Source: a bacterium (GTDB taxonomy: Bacteria; Zhuqueibacterota; Zhuqueibacteria; Oceanimicrobiales; Oceanimicrobiaceae). From it: DNA of 15,823 nt. The stretch is from positions 1 to 15,823 of the forward strand of contig JBHHXN010000122.1 in NCBI GenBank assembly GCA_046757025.1. The letters are read 5' to 3'. Position 1 is the stretch's first letter. Every line of letters starts with the position of its first letter. The translations under genes and the position numbers were made by a program. The notes under the pieces are model-generated. The model did not search any database. It saw only the letters and a program-made list of their open reading frames with translations, and had not been told where the DNA came from. Of this stretch, positions 1 through 8,400 are shown in pieces.

Positions 1-1889
1 GTGCCCAGCAGAATATCGTACTTGCCGTCTGCGAAGTCATTCAAAATGCGATCGTGCGATCGTTTGCGGGCGGTGGTGTCCAGATCCATGCGCACCACTC
101 TCGCCTGCGGAAAGGCTATTTTCAGCTCTTCCTCAACCTGCTGCGTTCCCACTCCCCGAAACAAAATATCGCTGCCGCTGCACTCGGGACAGCGTTCCGG
201 CGCTTTTTTGGTGAAGCCGCAATAATGACAGCGCAACCGCCTTCCCCGCAAATGATAGGTCAGTGTAATGTGACAACTTTCGCAATTTGCAATAAAGCCG
301 CAATCTTTGCATTTAATGTAACTCGAAAATCCCCGACGATTTAACAGCAAAATAGTCTGCTCCTTTTTCGCCAGTTTTTGTTCGATTTTCTGTTTGAGCA
401 GTCTGGAAAAAACCGGTGGCGATTTTTTGCCGGACAGCCGCCGTTCTTTGATCAGGTCCAGAATCTGCACTTCCGGAAGGGGGATGTGATCGATGCGGTG
501 GGTTAACTGCAAAAGCTGATACTTGCCGATCTTCGCATTGTAAAAAGATTCAGCCGAGGGCGTCGCCGAGCCCAAAACCACCACCGCGTTCAATATTTTC
601 GCCCGCATAATGGCCACATCCCGGGCGTGGTAGCGGGGCGTCAAATCCGACTGCTTGTAGGAGCCTTCGTGCTCTTCATCCACAATGATCAAACCGATGT
701 TTTTCAGCGGCGCAAAAACCGCCGAACGCGGGCCGATGGCCACCTGCGCCGCGCCGCTTCGCAACCGACGCCAGGAATCGAAGCGTTCCCCGACTGACAT
801 GGCGCTGTGCAGTACCGCCACCCGCTCCTTGAAGTGCGAACGAAATCTCGCCACGGTTTGTGGCGTGAGAGAAATCTCCGGCACCAGCACAATGGCGTCT
901 TTGCCCTGCGCCAGCACCTGGTAGATGGCGTCGATGTACACTTGCGTCTTACCGCTGCCGGTGACACCGTGCAGAAGAAACGTCTGGAATTGCGGCTTTT
1001 TTAACACGCTCGAAATGGCATTCAGACTTTGCTGCTGCTCCGAATTTAATGTTAATTTCTCGATTTCGGGGGGAACGGTTTGTTGGTAGTAATCACGCAG
1101 GATCTCTTTTTCATAAATCGTGATCAAGCCCTTGCTTGCCAGTGATTTCAGGGAGCTGGAATAAATCCCCAGCCTTTGCATGAGTTCTTTTAACGAAATT
1201 TCAAGGTGATTTTTTTCTAAGAATTCCAGACAAGCGGCCTGCTGGGGTGCTCGTGTCTTTAACTCGTCAATTTGTTGCGGTAGAATTTGGCAATCGGGAT
1301 TTATCTTCACAAACTTTTGCAGTTTGGGTTTGACCAGATTTGTGGTAAAAGCAAAATCCATACGCACCAGTCCCCGGGCTTCTAACTGATTCAAGCTCGA
1401 CACCAGACTTTTGGCCCCAATGCGTCGTTTGAGCTGCTGCAGGGAAATGCGGCCGCTTTTGAGCACATAGCGCAGAATTTGCGCCTGCCGAGGAGGGGCG
1501 GTCTTCTCGATCGTCTGAATCGCTTCTTCGGGTTGGTTTGCTATCACTTCCACGAACTTTTTGGATTGCTGCAACAGGTTGGTCGGGATGCCCGCTTTCA
1601 TGGCGTCCCCAAGCGGGCTGATGTAGTATTCCGAAATCCAGTGCATCAGCTCGAGCAGATCATCGGTGAAAATGGGCTGCGCATCCAGCACGTCCTGGAT
1701 GAATTTCACCTCAGTTAGATCGGTGTGGTCGAGAAATCCGACGATAAAACCGGTGAGTTTTCGATTGCCAAATGGCGCAATCACCCGGCAGCCGATACGG
1801 GCAAGTTCTTTTAAATCAGGCGGCACTGCGTAAGTGAAAGAGCGGTTTACGGTTTGCGGAAAAACGACTTCGGCATATTTCTTTGACAT
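1..1889 (-). CDS. priA: Primosomal protein N' (replication restart helicase), 3' end outside window
   Basis: Manual translation from ATG at 1889: MSKKYAEVVFPQTVNRSFTYAVP...GCRVIAPFG (3' DNA-binding domain); Walker A LLHGVTGSGKTQVY (~935-975); IIVDEEHEGSYKQ; LLNRRGFS followed by four CxxC pairs; ends ...DILLG at the window edge in the same frame. Confidence 0.97.
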   Translation of the reverse strand, partial: MSKKYAEVVFPQTVNRSFTYAVPPDLKELARIGCRVIAPFGNRKLTGFIVGFLDHTDLTEVKFIQDVLDAQPIFTDDLLELMHWISEYYISPLGDAMKAGIPTNLLQQSKKFVEVIANQPEEAIQTIEKTAPPRQAQILRYVLKSGRISLQQLKRRIGAKSLVSSLNQLEARGLVRMDFAFTTNLVKPKLQKFVKINPDCQILPQQIDELKTRAPQQAACLEFLEKNHLEISLKELMQRLGIYSSSLKSLASKGLITIYEKEILRDYYQQTVPPEIEKLTLNSEQQQSLNAISSVLKKPQFQTFLLHGVTGSGKTQVYIDAIYQVLAQGKDAIVLVPEISLTPQTVARFRSHFKERVAVLHSAMSVGERFDSWRRLRSGAAQVAIGPRSAVFAPLKNIGLIIVDEEHEGSYKQSDLTPRYHARDVAIMRAKILNAVVVLGSATPSAESFYNAKIGKYQLLQLTHRIDHIPLPEVQILDLIKERRLSGKKSPPVFSRLLKQKIEQKLAKKEQTILLLNRRGFSSYIKCKDCGFIANCESCHITLTYHLRGRRLRCHYCGFTKKAPERCPECSGSDILFRGVGTQQVEEELKIAFPQARVVRMDLDTTARKRSHDRILNDFADGKYDILLG

Positions 1890-1910
1890 GGGTTGAAATT
1901 GGGTTTAGGA

Positions 1911-1939
1911 AATTTACCGAATTTAAAGAAATTGTGCAA
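1911..1939 (-). promoter_or_regulatory. Candidate sigma70 promoter of priA
   Basis: Minus strand TTGCAC-N17-TAAATT, about 20 nt upstream of the ATG. Confidence 0.45.
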
Positions 1940-2129
1940 TAGTAAAATTTAAGAATTTGACGTTAGGGTTTCGTGAGCGGCTCACTTCGTACCCGATTTG
2001 AGAGTGTTTTTAGGGGGATTTCACTGTACTTAGGGTATTAGCGAGATTGCTGCGCTCATGTACGTTTAGAGGCTAAATCTTTATAAGGCTTTTAGGGTTT
2101 TTTGTAGGAAATTGTTTTGAACCACCTTA

Positions 2130-2158
2130 AAGATAAGCCTTTTTTTATCAAATTCCAA
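2130..2158 (-). promoter_or_regulatory. Candidate upstream sigma70 promoter reading toward priA
   Basis: Minus strand TTGGAA-N17-TATCTT. Confidence 0.35.
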
Positions 2159-2162
2159 GAGA

Positions 2163-2390
2163 GGCGTTACAAAAGAACTTGAGAAACAAGCGCTATTACT
2201 ATCGCCAGAAGATAGAGAAGTTCTCATTCAAAAACTCGTACATAGCCTTGATAACGCACCTACTACTGAAGTTGATGAAGCCTGGATTGAGGAGGCAGAA
2301 AAGAGGTACCGGGAATTCAAGAAAGGTGCAACTAAAAGAATTCCAGGCGAAAAGATATTTGCTGAAATACGCCGAGAGTTAGATTGGTAA
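2163..2390 (+). pseudogene. Putative addiction-module antitoxin (TIGR02574-like), no canonical start codon
   Basis: Frame not in the ORF track: GVTKELEKQALLLSPEDREVLIQKLVHSLDNAPTTEVDEAWIEEAEKRYREFKKGATKRIPGEKIFAEIRRELDW*, matching the L-S-x-E-[DE]-R...SLD...W..EA..R......G....I pattern. No in-frame ATG/GTG/TTG after the upstream TGA at 2118-2120. Confidence 0.8.
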
Positions 2391-2440
2391 AACAAATCTA
2401 CGCACATGAAGCAAAAATTGAGATCAAAGAGGCGCCTTTG
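2384..2440 (+). pseudogene. N-terminal remnant of a RelE/ParE-type toxin
   Basis: TTG overlapping the antitoxin stop gives (M)VKQIYAHEAKIEIKEA, resembling the ParE N-terminus (..HxEAxxE[IL]xEA). The resemblance ends after about 17 codons and the frame runs into the convergent gene. Confidence 0.55.
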
Positions 2441-2464
2441 TTGATGACTCTGATTCCCAGCCAC

Positions 2465-2671
2465 CTATTTTTTTCTCATCTGTTTGATTTCAGAAATGAT
2501 ATCATCCAGGGATAGACCAGTAAATAGTTGATCTCGTTCTTCTGTATAATTTCCATGGCCTATCGTGAACTGGTTCAAAAACCGCAGGGTATTCACAACA
2601 CCTAATTCTCTGTACAAAAGGCGAGTAGCTTCATTTGTAATCTCATTTAATGGTTTAATATCTGTTTTCAT
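2465..2671 (-). CDS. Small PIN-toxin-associated protein (putative antitoxin), 68 aa
   Basis: Intact ORF with L..ELGVVNTLRFLNQF..G.GNYTEER, typical of small proteins encoded directly after MKIYLD-type PIN genes. Confidence 0.75.
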   Translation of the reverse strand: MKTDIKPLNEITNEATRLLYRELGVVNTLRFLNQFTIGHGNYTEERDQLFTGLSLDDIISEIKQMRKK

Positions 2672-2747
2672 TTTCTACCGCAATTCGAATTTGGTCTTTT
2701 GTGTCAAGTGGCCGTTGTAAAACGCACAAGTCCAAATATATTTTCAT
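2655..2747 (-). pseudogene. Truncated PIN-domain (VapC-like) toxin
   Basis: ATG at 2747 gives MKIYLDLCVLQRPLDTKDQIRIAVENENRY* (30 aa). This is the recognisable N-terminus of a PIN family (IYLDxC..RPxD...QxRI..E) joined directly to the start of the downstream small gene. Confidence 0.8.
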
Positions 2748-2752
2748 AGTAA

Positions 2753-2781
2753 AATTTACGAAATCCTTGACAAAATATCAA
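2753..2781 (-). promoter_or_regulatory. Candidate sigma70 promoter for the PIN relic operon, possibly leaderless
   Basis: Minus strand TTGATA-N17-TAAATT, then only 5 nt (TTACT) before the ATG at 2747. Confidence 0.45.
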
Positions 2782-2806
2782 GAATTACCTTTGTTTTAGA
2801 AAGTTC

Positions 2807-2835
2807 TTGCAATTTCCGTAGATTTTATTTATTTT
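2807..2835 (+). promoter_or_regulatory. Candidate sigma70 promoter of the AAA ATPase
   Basis: TTGCAA-N17-TATTTT, about 50 nt upstream of ATG 2886. Confidence 0.35.
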
Positions 2836-2885
2836 CTTTAAAAATCTATATAGAAAATAAATAGACTGTGCGATAGAACTACAAT

Positions 2886-4169
2886 ATGAGCGATCTCATT
2901 CATCGTGACATTCTTGACCTGCTCGCGCCCTGGCTGGGTGAAAAGGAGATCCTGGTTCTCCTCGGCTCGCGCCAGGTGGGAAAAACCTCGATACTGAGGC
3001 TGCTGCAAGATTCTCTGAAAGACGACCCTGTCTTTTATTTTGATCTTGAAAGTACCTTTGACCTCACCCACACCGCTACCCCTGAACATTTCATCGAATA
3101 CCTTGCTAGCAAAGGCCTATCGAGCGAGCGACGCACCTATTGTTTTTTAGATGAAATACAGTATCATCCGGATCCGAGTAAATTTCTCAAGGTTCTGCAC
3201 GATCATCATCCGAACATTAAACTGATTGTTTCTGGTTCCTCTTCATTTGCAATCAGGCAGAAGTTCAAAGACGCTTTGACCGGACGCAAGCAGGTTTTTC
3301 AGGTTTTTCCGCTCAACTTTGCCGAATTCCTTCGTTTCAAAGCGCATCCTGCCAGTTCGATAAAGGCCTCCCTTCAGCTTGACGCTTTACTTGACGATTT
3401 CACAGCCGCCCGCAAGTTTCATACGTTAACGCCTGAGATGCTGCCACTCTGGGACGAGTTCGTCGTATATGGCGGTTACCCCTTGCCCTCGCTAACTGCC
3501 GATACATCCATGAAAGAAGCGCGGCTCAGAGAAATTCACAACAGTTATGTTCAGAGAGACATCAAAGATCTGGCTCGCATCGATAATATTCTACAGTTTA
3601 ATAATCTGGTTAATTTCCTGGCGCTTCAGATCGGCCAGTTGTTCAAGAACGATGAAGTTGGCAAAGAAGTTGGCTTACCTTTGTCCAGATTATACAATTA
3701 TTTGTTTCTGCTGGAAAACACGTTTATCATCTCGCGTTTGCGACCGTACCACAGCAATCACCAGAAAGAACTCACGAAAATGCCCAAGCTCTATTTTCTC
3801 GACACCGGACTACGCAATACGGGTCTGTCTGACTTCCGTCCACTCCATCTGCGCCCGGATGGCGGTGCGCTGGCTGAAAACCAGTGCTTCCTGGAATTGT
3901 TGAAGAAGGCTAAACCCGCTGATAAACTATTTTTCTGGCGCACATGGGATAAACACGAAGTCGATTTCATCGTTGCACGCAGCCGCGGTCACCTGCTGCC
4001 TATCGAGATAAAGTACAAAACCATGAGTCAGCCTCGGACGCCTCCTGCACTAAGGAATTTTATGCGCCTTTATGATTGCCACGCCGGTGTTGTGCTTACC
4101 AGAGACTACCTGGGTAGGGCAGAAGACGCCGAGAAAAAAATATACTTCATTCCGGCCTGGATGGCATAA
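2886..4169 (+). CDS. AAA+ ATPase (AAA_14 + DUF4143) with C-terminal PD-(D/E)XK-like domain
   Basis: Walker A GSRQVGKT, Walker B FLDEIQY, VSGSS, YGGYP, PKLYFLDTG, G.LAEN, EVDFIV...PIEIK; 427 aa. Confidence 0.93.
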   Translation: MSDLIHRDILDLLAPWLGEKEILVLLGSRQVGKTSILRLLQDSLKDDPVFYFDLESTFDLTHTATPEHFIEYLASKGLSSERRTYCFLDEIQYHPDPSKFLKVLHDHHPNIKLIVSGSSSFAIRQKFKDALTGRKQVFQVFPLNFAEFLRFKAHPASSIKASLQLDALLDDFTAARKFHTLTPEMLPLWDEFVVYGGYPLPSLTADTSMKEARLREIHNSYVQRDIKDLARIDNILQFNNLVNFLALQIGQLFKNDEVGKEVGLPLSRLYNYLFLLENTFIISRLRPYHSNHQKELTKMPKLYFLDTGLRNTGLSDFRPLHLRPDGGALAENQCFLELLKKAKPADKLFFWRTWDKHEVDFIVARSRGHLLPIEIKYKTMSQPRTPPALRNFMRLYDCHAGVVLTRDYLGRAEDAEKKIYFIPAWMA

Positions 4170-4384
4170 ACAGATGGTGTGATTTTAATTTGTCCGTCAA
4201 CTGTTCTGAAGGTCAAGCATCAGTTCTGTTTCCAGGCACCGCTGCGTGAAATAAGGAATTTCATCGAATTTTATTAGCGTCCAGATTGACTTGTGCCTTT
4301 ATTCTATCTTATCCACATACAACATCCAGGTATGTAAAGACCTCACCCCTACCCATCATTCTTCCTTTCTGAAAATGGGATAAA

Positions 4385-4423
4385 AAATGTCTCACCAAAT
4401 AACATTTGTCTCAGCATAGTGCA
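4385..4423. promoter_or_regulatory. Tandem candidate enhancer sites (UAS) for a sigma54 activator
   Basis: TGT-N11-ACA at 4388-4404 (inside AAATGT...ACATTT) and TGT-N11-GCA at 4407-4423, both beginning TGTCTCA. Related half-sites at 4516-4521 (TGAGAC) and 4562-4567 (CGTCTC). Confidence 0.55.
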
Positions 4424-4585
4424 AAATGTGGAGGTATAATATTTTAAAAATAAACAAGTTATCTTTTTAAGGACAAATTAATTTCAGACCAATTTATGCT
4501 ATTTTGTGCCTGAAATGAGACGGTTTTCTCATCTTTGACAAATTTGTTTTAAAAGGAAACACGTCTCCATAATCTGCGAAAATAG

Positions 4586-4600
4586 TGGCACCGAATTTGC
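4586..4600 (+). promoter_or_regulatory. sigma54 (RpoN) -24/-12 promoter
   Basis: TGGCAC-CGAAT-TTGC is an exact match to TGGCAC-N5-TTGC, correctly oriented 87 nt upstream of ATG 4688. Confidence 0.8.
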
Positions 4601-4687
4601 CGAAAAGACGGTGTTACGAGAACCGTCTTCTTTCCATCGTAAACAATAATTTGTAATATCCATATTCATCACAGGAAGATCTCAGCC

Positions 4688-5407
4688 ATGAAGAAACTCA
4701 TCAGTATATTGGTACTTTTTACATTTGTGCTGACTATTTTTGCACAAAATATCTCGCAAGCGTGGGCGCAGCAATCGAATCGCTATTCGATGGCCGTGTT
4801 AAATCTGACCATACGAAGCGGAGATATCAGCCGCAGCGAAGTTCGTCTACTCACTGGCCGTCTAACCGAAGAGCTGTCGCGCGGCGGTCTGTTTTATACC
4901 ATGAATCAATCGGATATGGAGCGCGGTTTGATGGTGAAGAATTTCGATCCTTCGGCGTGCGAAACCATCGATTGCGCCGTGCAGTACGGCCGTGCGCTCG
5001 GTGTGCAACTGGTGGTCGTCGGCAGCATCGAGCAGACCGGTCCGGTGCATTCCATCAAACTCGACATGGTGCATGTGGCCACTAGAGAAATCGTCAAGTC
5101 GCATCAGGATGTGTACGACGGCAGCTTCACAGAATTGCTGGAAAAAGCACCGTTAATCGCCAGTCAATTTGTTGGTCAACCGTTGATTTCATCTCAAAAT
5201 CGCTCTCGGGGAAACGCAAGGCGGTCATCGACGCCCACTTACAATAAAAGCGGCGGTTTTAAATGGTATTATTTGGGGCTGGGCTTGCTCATCGCCGGCG
5301 GCGCCGGCGCGGGCATCATCTTAGCCACGAAAGATTCAAAGGACGGAGGCAGCACCACTACGACCACCAATCCCACCAAACTGCCCGGACCGCCTACTTT
5401 TCCTTAA
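4688..5407 (+). CDS. Exported CsgG/HfaB/TolB-N-like domain protein with C-terminal Gly-rich TM segment and Pro-rich tail
   Basis: Signal peptide MKKLISILVL...AWA; motif AVLNL...L.EEL...F...C.TIDCAVQYGRALGV..VV.GSI......I....V.T.EIV; C-terminus KWYYLGLGLLIAGGAGAGIILA-linker-LPGPPTFP. RBS-like CAGGAAG upstream. Confidence 0.75.
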   Translation: MKKLISILVLFTFVLTIFAQNISQAWAQQSNRYSMAVLNLTIRSGDISRSEVRLLTGRLTEELSRGGLFYTMNQSDMERGLMVKNFDPSACETIDCAVQYGRALGVQLVVVGSIEQTGPVHSIKLDMVHVATREIVKSHQDVYDGSFTELLEKAPLIASQFVGQPLISSQNRSRGNARRSSTPTYNKSGGFKWYYLGLGLLIAGGAGAGIILATKDSKDGGSTTTTTNPTKLPGPPTFP

Positions 5408-5480
5408 TCTCCCGGGCATAGGATCAAAAAATTGTCAAATTGAGTTTTAATCAAAAAAATATCTAGACAGGGACACCTCT

Positions 5481-8400
5481 ATGAAATGCTTCACTAACAT
5501 TTGTTGCGTAATCATTGTTTATTTCTTTGTAAATAATTTGGGGGCGCAGGTTACCAAACCTACGTTGACTGAAATCAATTTTCTGGTTGACGGGCAGTCG
5601 GTGACTACCACTTCCAACGGCGATGTGACCGTGGAATTAAAATTCGACCGCAGTATGAATACGGCCGTGGATCCCGTGGTAAAATTTGGTTTGAGTGCGC
5701 CGTATGCGCTCAACGTACCTAAAAAAGGGAATGGCTGGATCTCTCCCACGCTGTGGCAGGGTTTTTTCACGGTTTCTGGAAATAACCCTGAGACCAGCGA
5801 CGGCAAATACATCTTCCAGATTTCCGACGCGGTGGATACCAATCAGGATACCATGGACACGGCATTGAGCACGGATTTGAATAAGTTTTTATACATCTGC
5901 CGCTCCGGTGAGCTGCAGCTGAGCGCCGATTCCCTGGGCTTTGGCACCATTACTCTGGGTACCAGCAAAACGCTTTCGTTTACCATAAACAACCTTAGCT
6001 GCGCCGATTTGAATATTTCCAACATCAGTGTGCCTTCGCCGTTTTCTTTGATCAATGCACCGGCGTTCACCATCGAAGGCGAAGGCAGTCAGGAAATCAC
6101 CATTCAGTTTAATCCATCCGACCGGGTGGATTACTCGACGAATCTGACCATCAGCAGCGACGACCGCAATCAGGGTACGCACACGGTGAAATTAACTGGC
6201 AGCGCTGTGGGCCCCAAAATCGTGCTGTCGCCCACCAGTCTGCTGAGTTTTGGCAAAATCAAAGTGGGATTCAGCGACACAAAGAGTGTGACGGTGACCA
6301 ACGAAAGCGCTGCCAGCTTGGCGCTGAGCGACACGCTGCACGTAACCAATATCAGTACCAACGGTTCAATTTATACCGTTACCCCGAATTCCCTGACCTT
6401 GCCGCCGGATTCCAGCAAAACCGTGGACGTTACTTTTACGCCCACGGAGCATAAGCTTTACAACGGATATATTTTGTCGTTTCACAGTGATGATTTGCCG
6501 CGCGCTTTAAAAACCATCCAATTAAACGGCGACGCCAGCGATGAATCGCCGCCGGCTGAGATCACCAACCTGATTGTGAACGGCGGCGGATTCAACGGAC
6601 TCACCAATGGCAGCAGTTTATCCATTTGCTGGGACAATCCCCAAGACCCCAGCGGCATCAAGGAGATCTGGTGGAAGTTCGCCACCTCGCCGGTGCCCCC
6701 GCAGAGCGCCGACGACACCACCAGCGCCGGCGGCCGGTACATTTTAAATGTCGGTGACAATTGTGCTTCCCTGCGTTTGCAGGGAAGAATTACTTCTGGA
6801 TTTTGGTACTGCTACCTCTGGCTGGTGGACGGCAACGGCAATTCCGGGTGGGCCAATGCGGTTCCCACTTCGTTCCGTTACGACATCCTTCCCCCTGGCA
6901 AGCCGACGCTGCAAAATCGCAGCATCGCTGCGGACGATTGGTTTGGAAGCGGTGAAACCTTTCGTTTGACCATCGGCATTCCGGTGGATGCGGTACGCGG
7001 CTCCCGCGACGCCTCGGAAGTACGCTGGCGGTACAAAACCAGACCCGAAAATCCGGCGTCTTACCACAACCGTTATGTTTTTCCAACCTCGGGCGCTGCC
7101 AGTGTACAATTTACGGTACCGTTTAACTCCACCGACTACTGCGGCGACGATGAATTGTACATCTGGCTGGCAGACTCGGCCGGCAACGCCAGTGCGGATT
7201 CTTTTACGGTAGTACCGTACAAATTTGACATTTGCTCCTTCGCTCTCACCGGTTTTTCAACCACCTGGAGCGGCTACGCTGGTTTTACCAATGCGGAAAA
7301 TTTGCAATTTTGCTGGACCGATCCCAACGACGCCGGCGTGGTCAGCGAGATTCGCTGGAAGCTCAGCAGAACGGCGGCAGCGCCGCAAAGCCCGGTGGAC
7401 ACCACCGAATTCGGCGGTAAACTGGCGCTGGCTGCGGGTACAAAATGCGCCTCGCTGCCATTGTTCAGTAAAAAATTACCCGAAGGCTACTGGTACTGCT
7501 ACATCTGGTGGGTGTTTGCCAACGGTAACGATGCCAGTTATGTCTCGGCTTATCAGACTTCGTTTGTTTACGATGTGACGCCGCCAGGCATGCCGATTTT
7601 CGGCAGTCAAAGCATTTCCGCGACAGAGTGGTTCAGCACCAAAACTTTTAAGCTGACTATTGATAAACCAACGGATGTGCCGCGCGGCATCAAGGACGCG
7701 GCCGAAGTGCGCTGGAAATATCAATCCCCGCCTACTTCTGAAAGCGATTACCCGGGCCGGTTTGTTTTCACCAGCTCGCTTTCCGAGGGGCTGGAATTCA
7801 CCATTCCTTTTAATGACACGACCCTGTGCGGGGAAGACTCGCTATTTTACTGGCTGGCGGATTCGGCGGGCAACGCCAGCCCGGACTCGGTGGCGTTTGT
7901 GAAATACCGATTCGATATTTGTCCGCCGCAAATCACCAGAATTTACTCAGATACCGCCAATGTGGCAGCATTGGGCCAGGCTTTCCACGACACGCTTCGA
8001 ATCACCGACGACGTGGGGGTGGACACGGCCTGGGTGCAGTACCGTTTTGGCGGCGCCGACTCCGAAGAGCCGCCGAGAGCCATCGTGCGCATCGCCGAAA
8101 CAGACTCCTTTGTTGTAGAAATTCCGCAGGCCGGCGTCACCCGGCGCGGTGTGGAATATAAAGTAGTCGCCATCGATGAATTGGAAAATGAAGGGAGCGG
8201 CCCGGTGAGAATCGGCCTCTGCGAGAGCGATGAAAAATGGTTCCCGGTGATAACCCGCATCGAAAATGACTTTCGTATCGATAAAGACGGCCGCCCGGTG
8301 CCCCTCATCAACGGCGACGAAGAAACCAACTACCAGCTCTTCTCGGTGCCATATATGCTGGATACCAGCGATGTGATGCAAGTGATAGAGGACGATCTGG

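Noticed and set aside
1..1718. Short ORFs overlapping priA
   Set aside because: Shadow or alternative frames of priA; the same applies to short ORFs within the other long CDSs.
1963..2097. Telomere-like repeat or G-quadruplex from TTAGGG words
   Set aside because: Copies are dispersed 20-62 nt apart rather than tandem; kept only as a possible binding motif.
2179..2382. 67-aa ORF from the track (MRNKRYYY...)
   Set aside because: Wrong frame; the overlapping frame ending at 2390 carries the antitoxin signature.
4309..4317. Perfect DnaA box TTATCCACA
   Set aside because: Single copy with no box cluster and no dnaA-type context; not enough for oriC.
4448..4468. IHF site between UAS and sigma54 promoter
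   Set aside because: About three mismatches to WATCAANNNNTTR; only AT-richness supports it.
6590..7922. DGR template/variable repeat pair
   Set aside because: Both copies are in-frame coding sequence and differences are not restricted to adenines.
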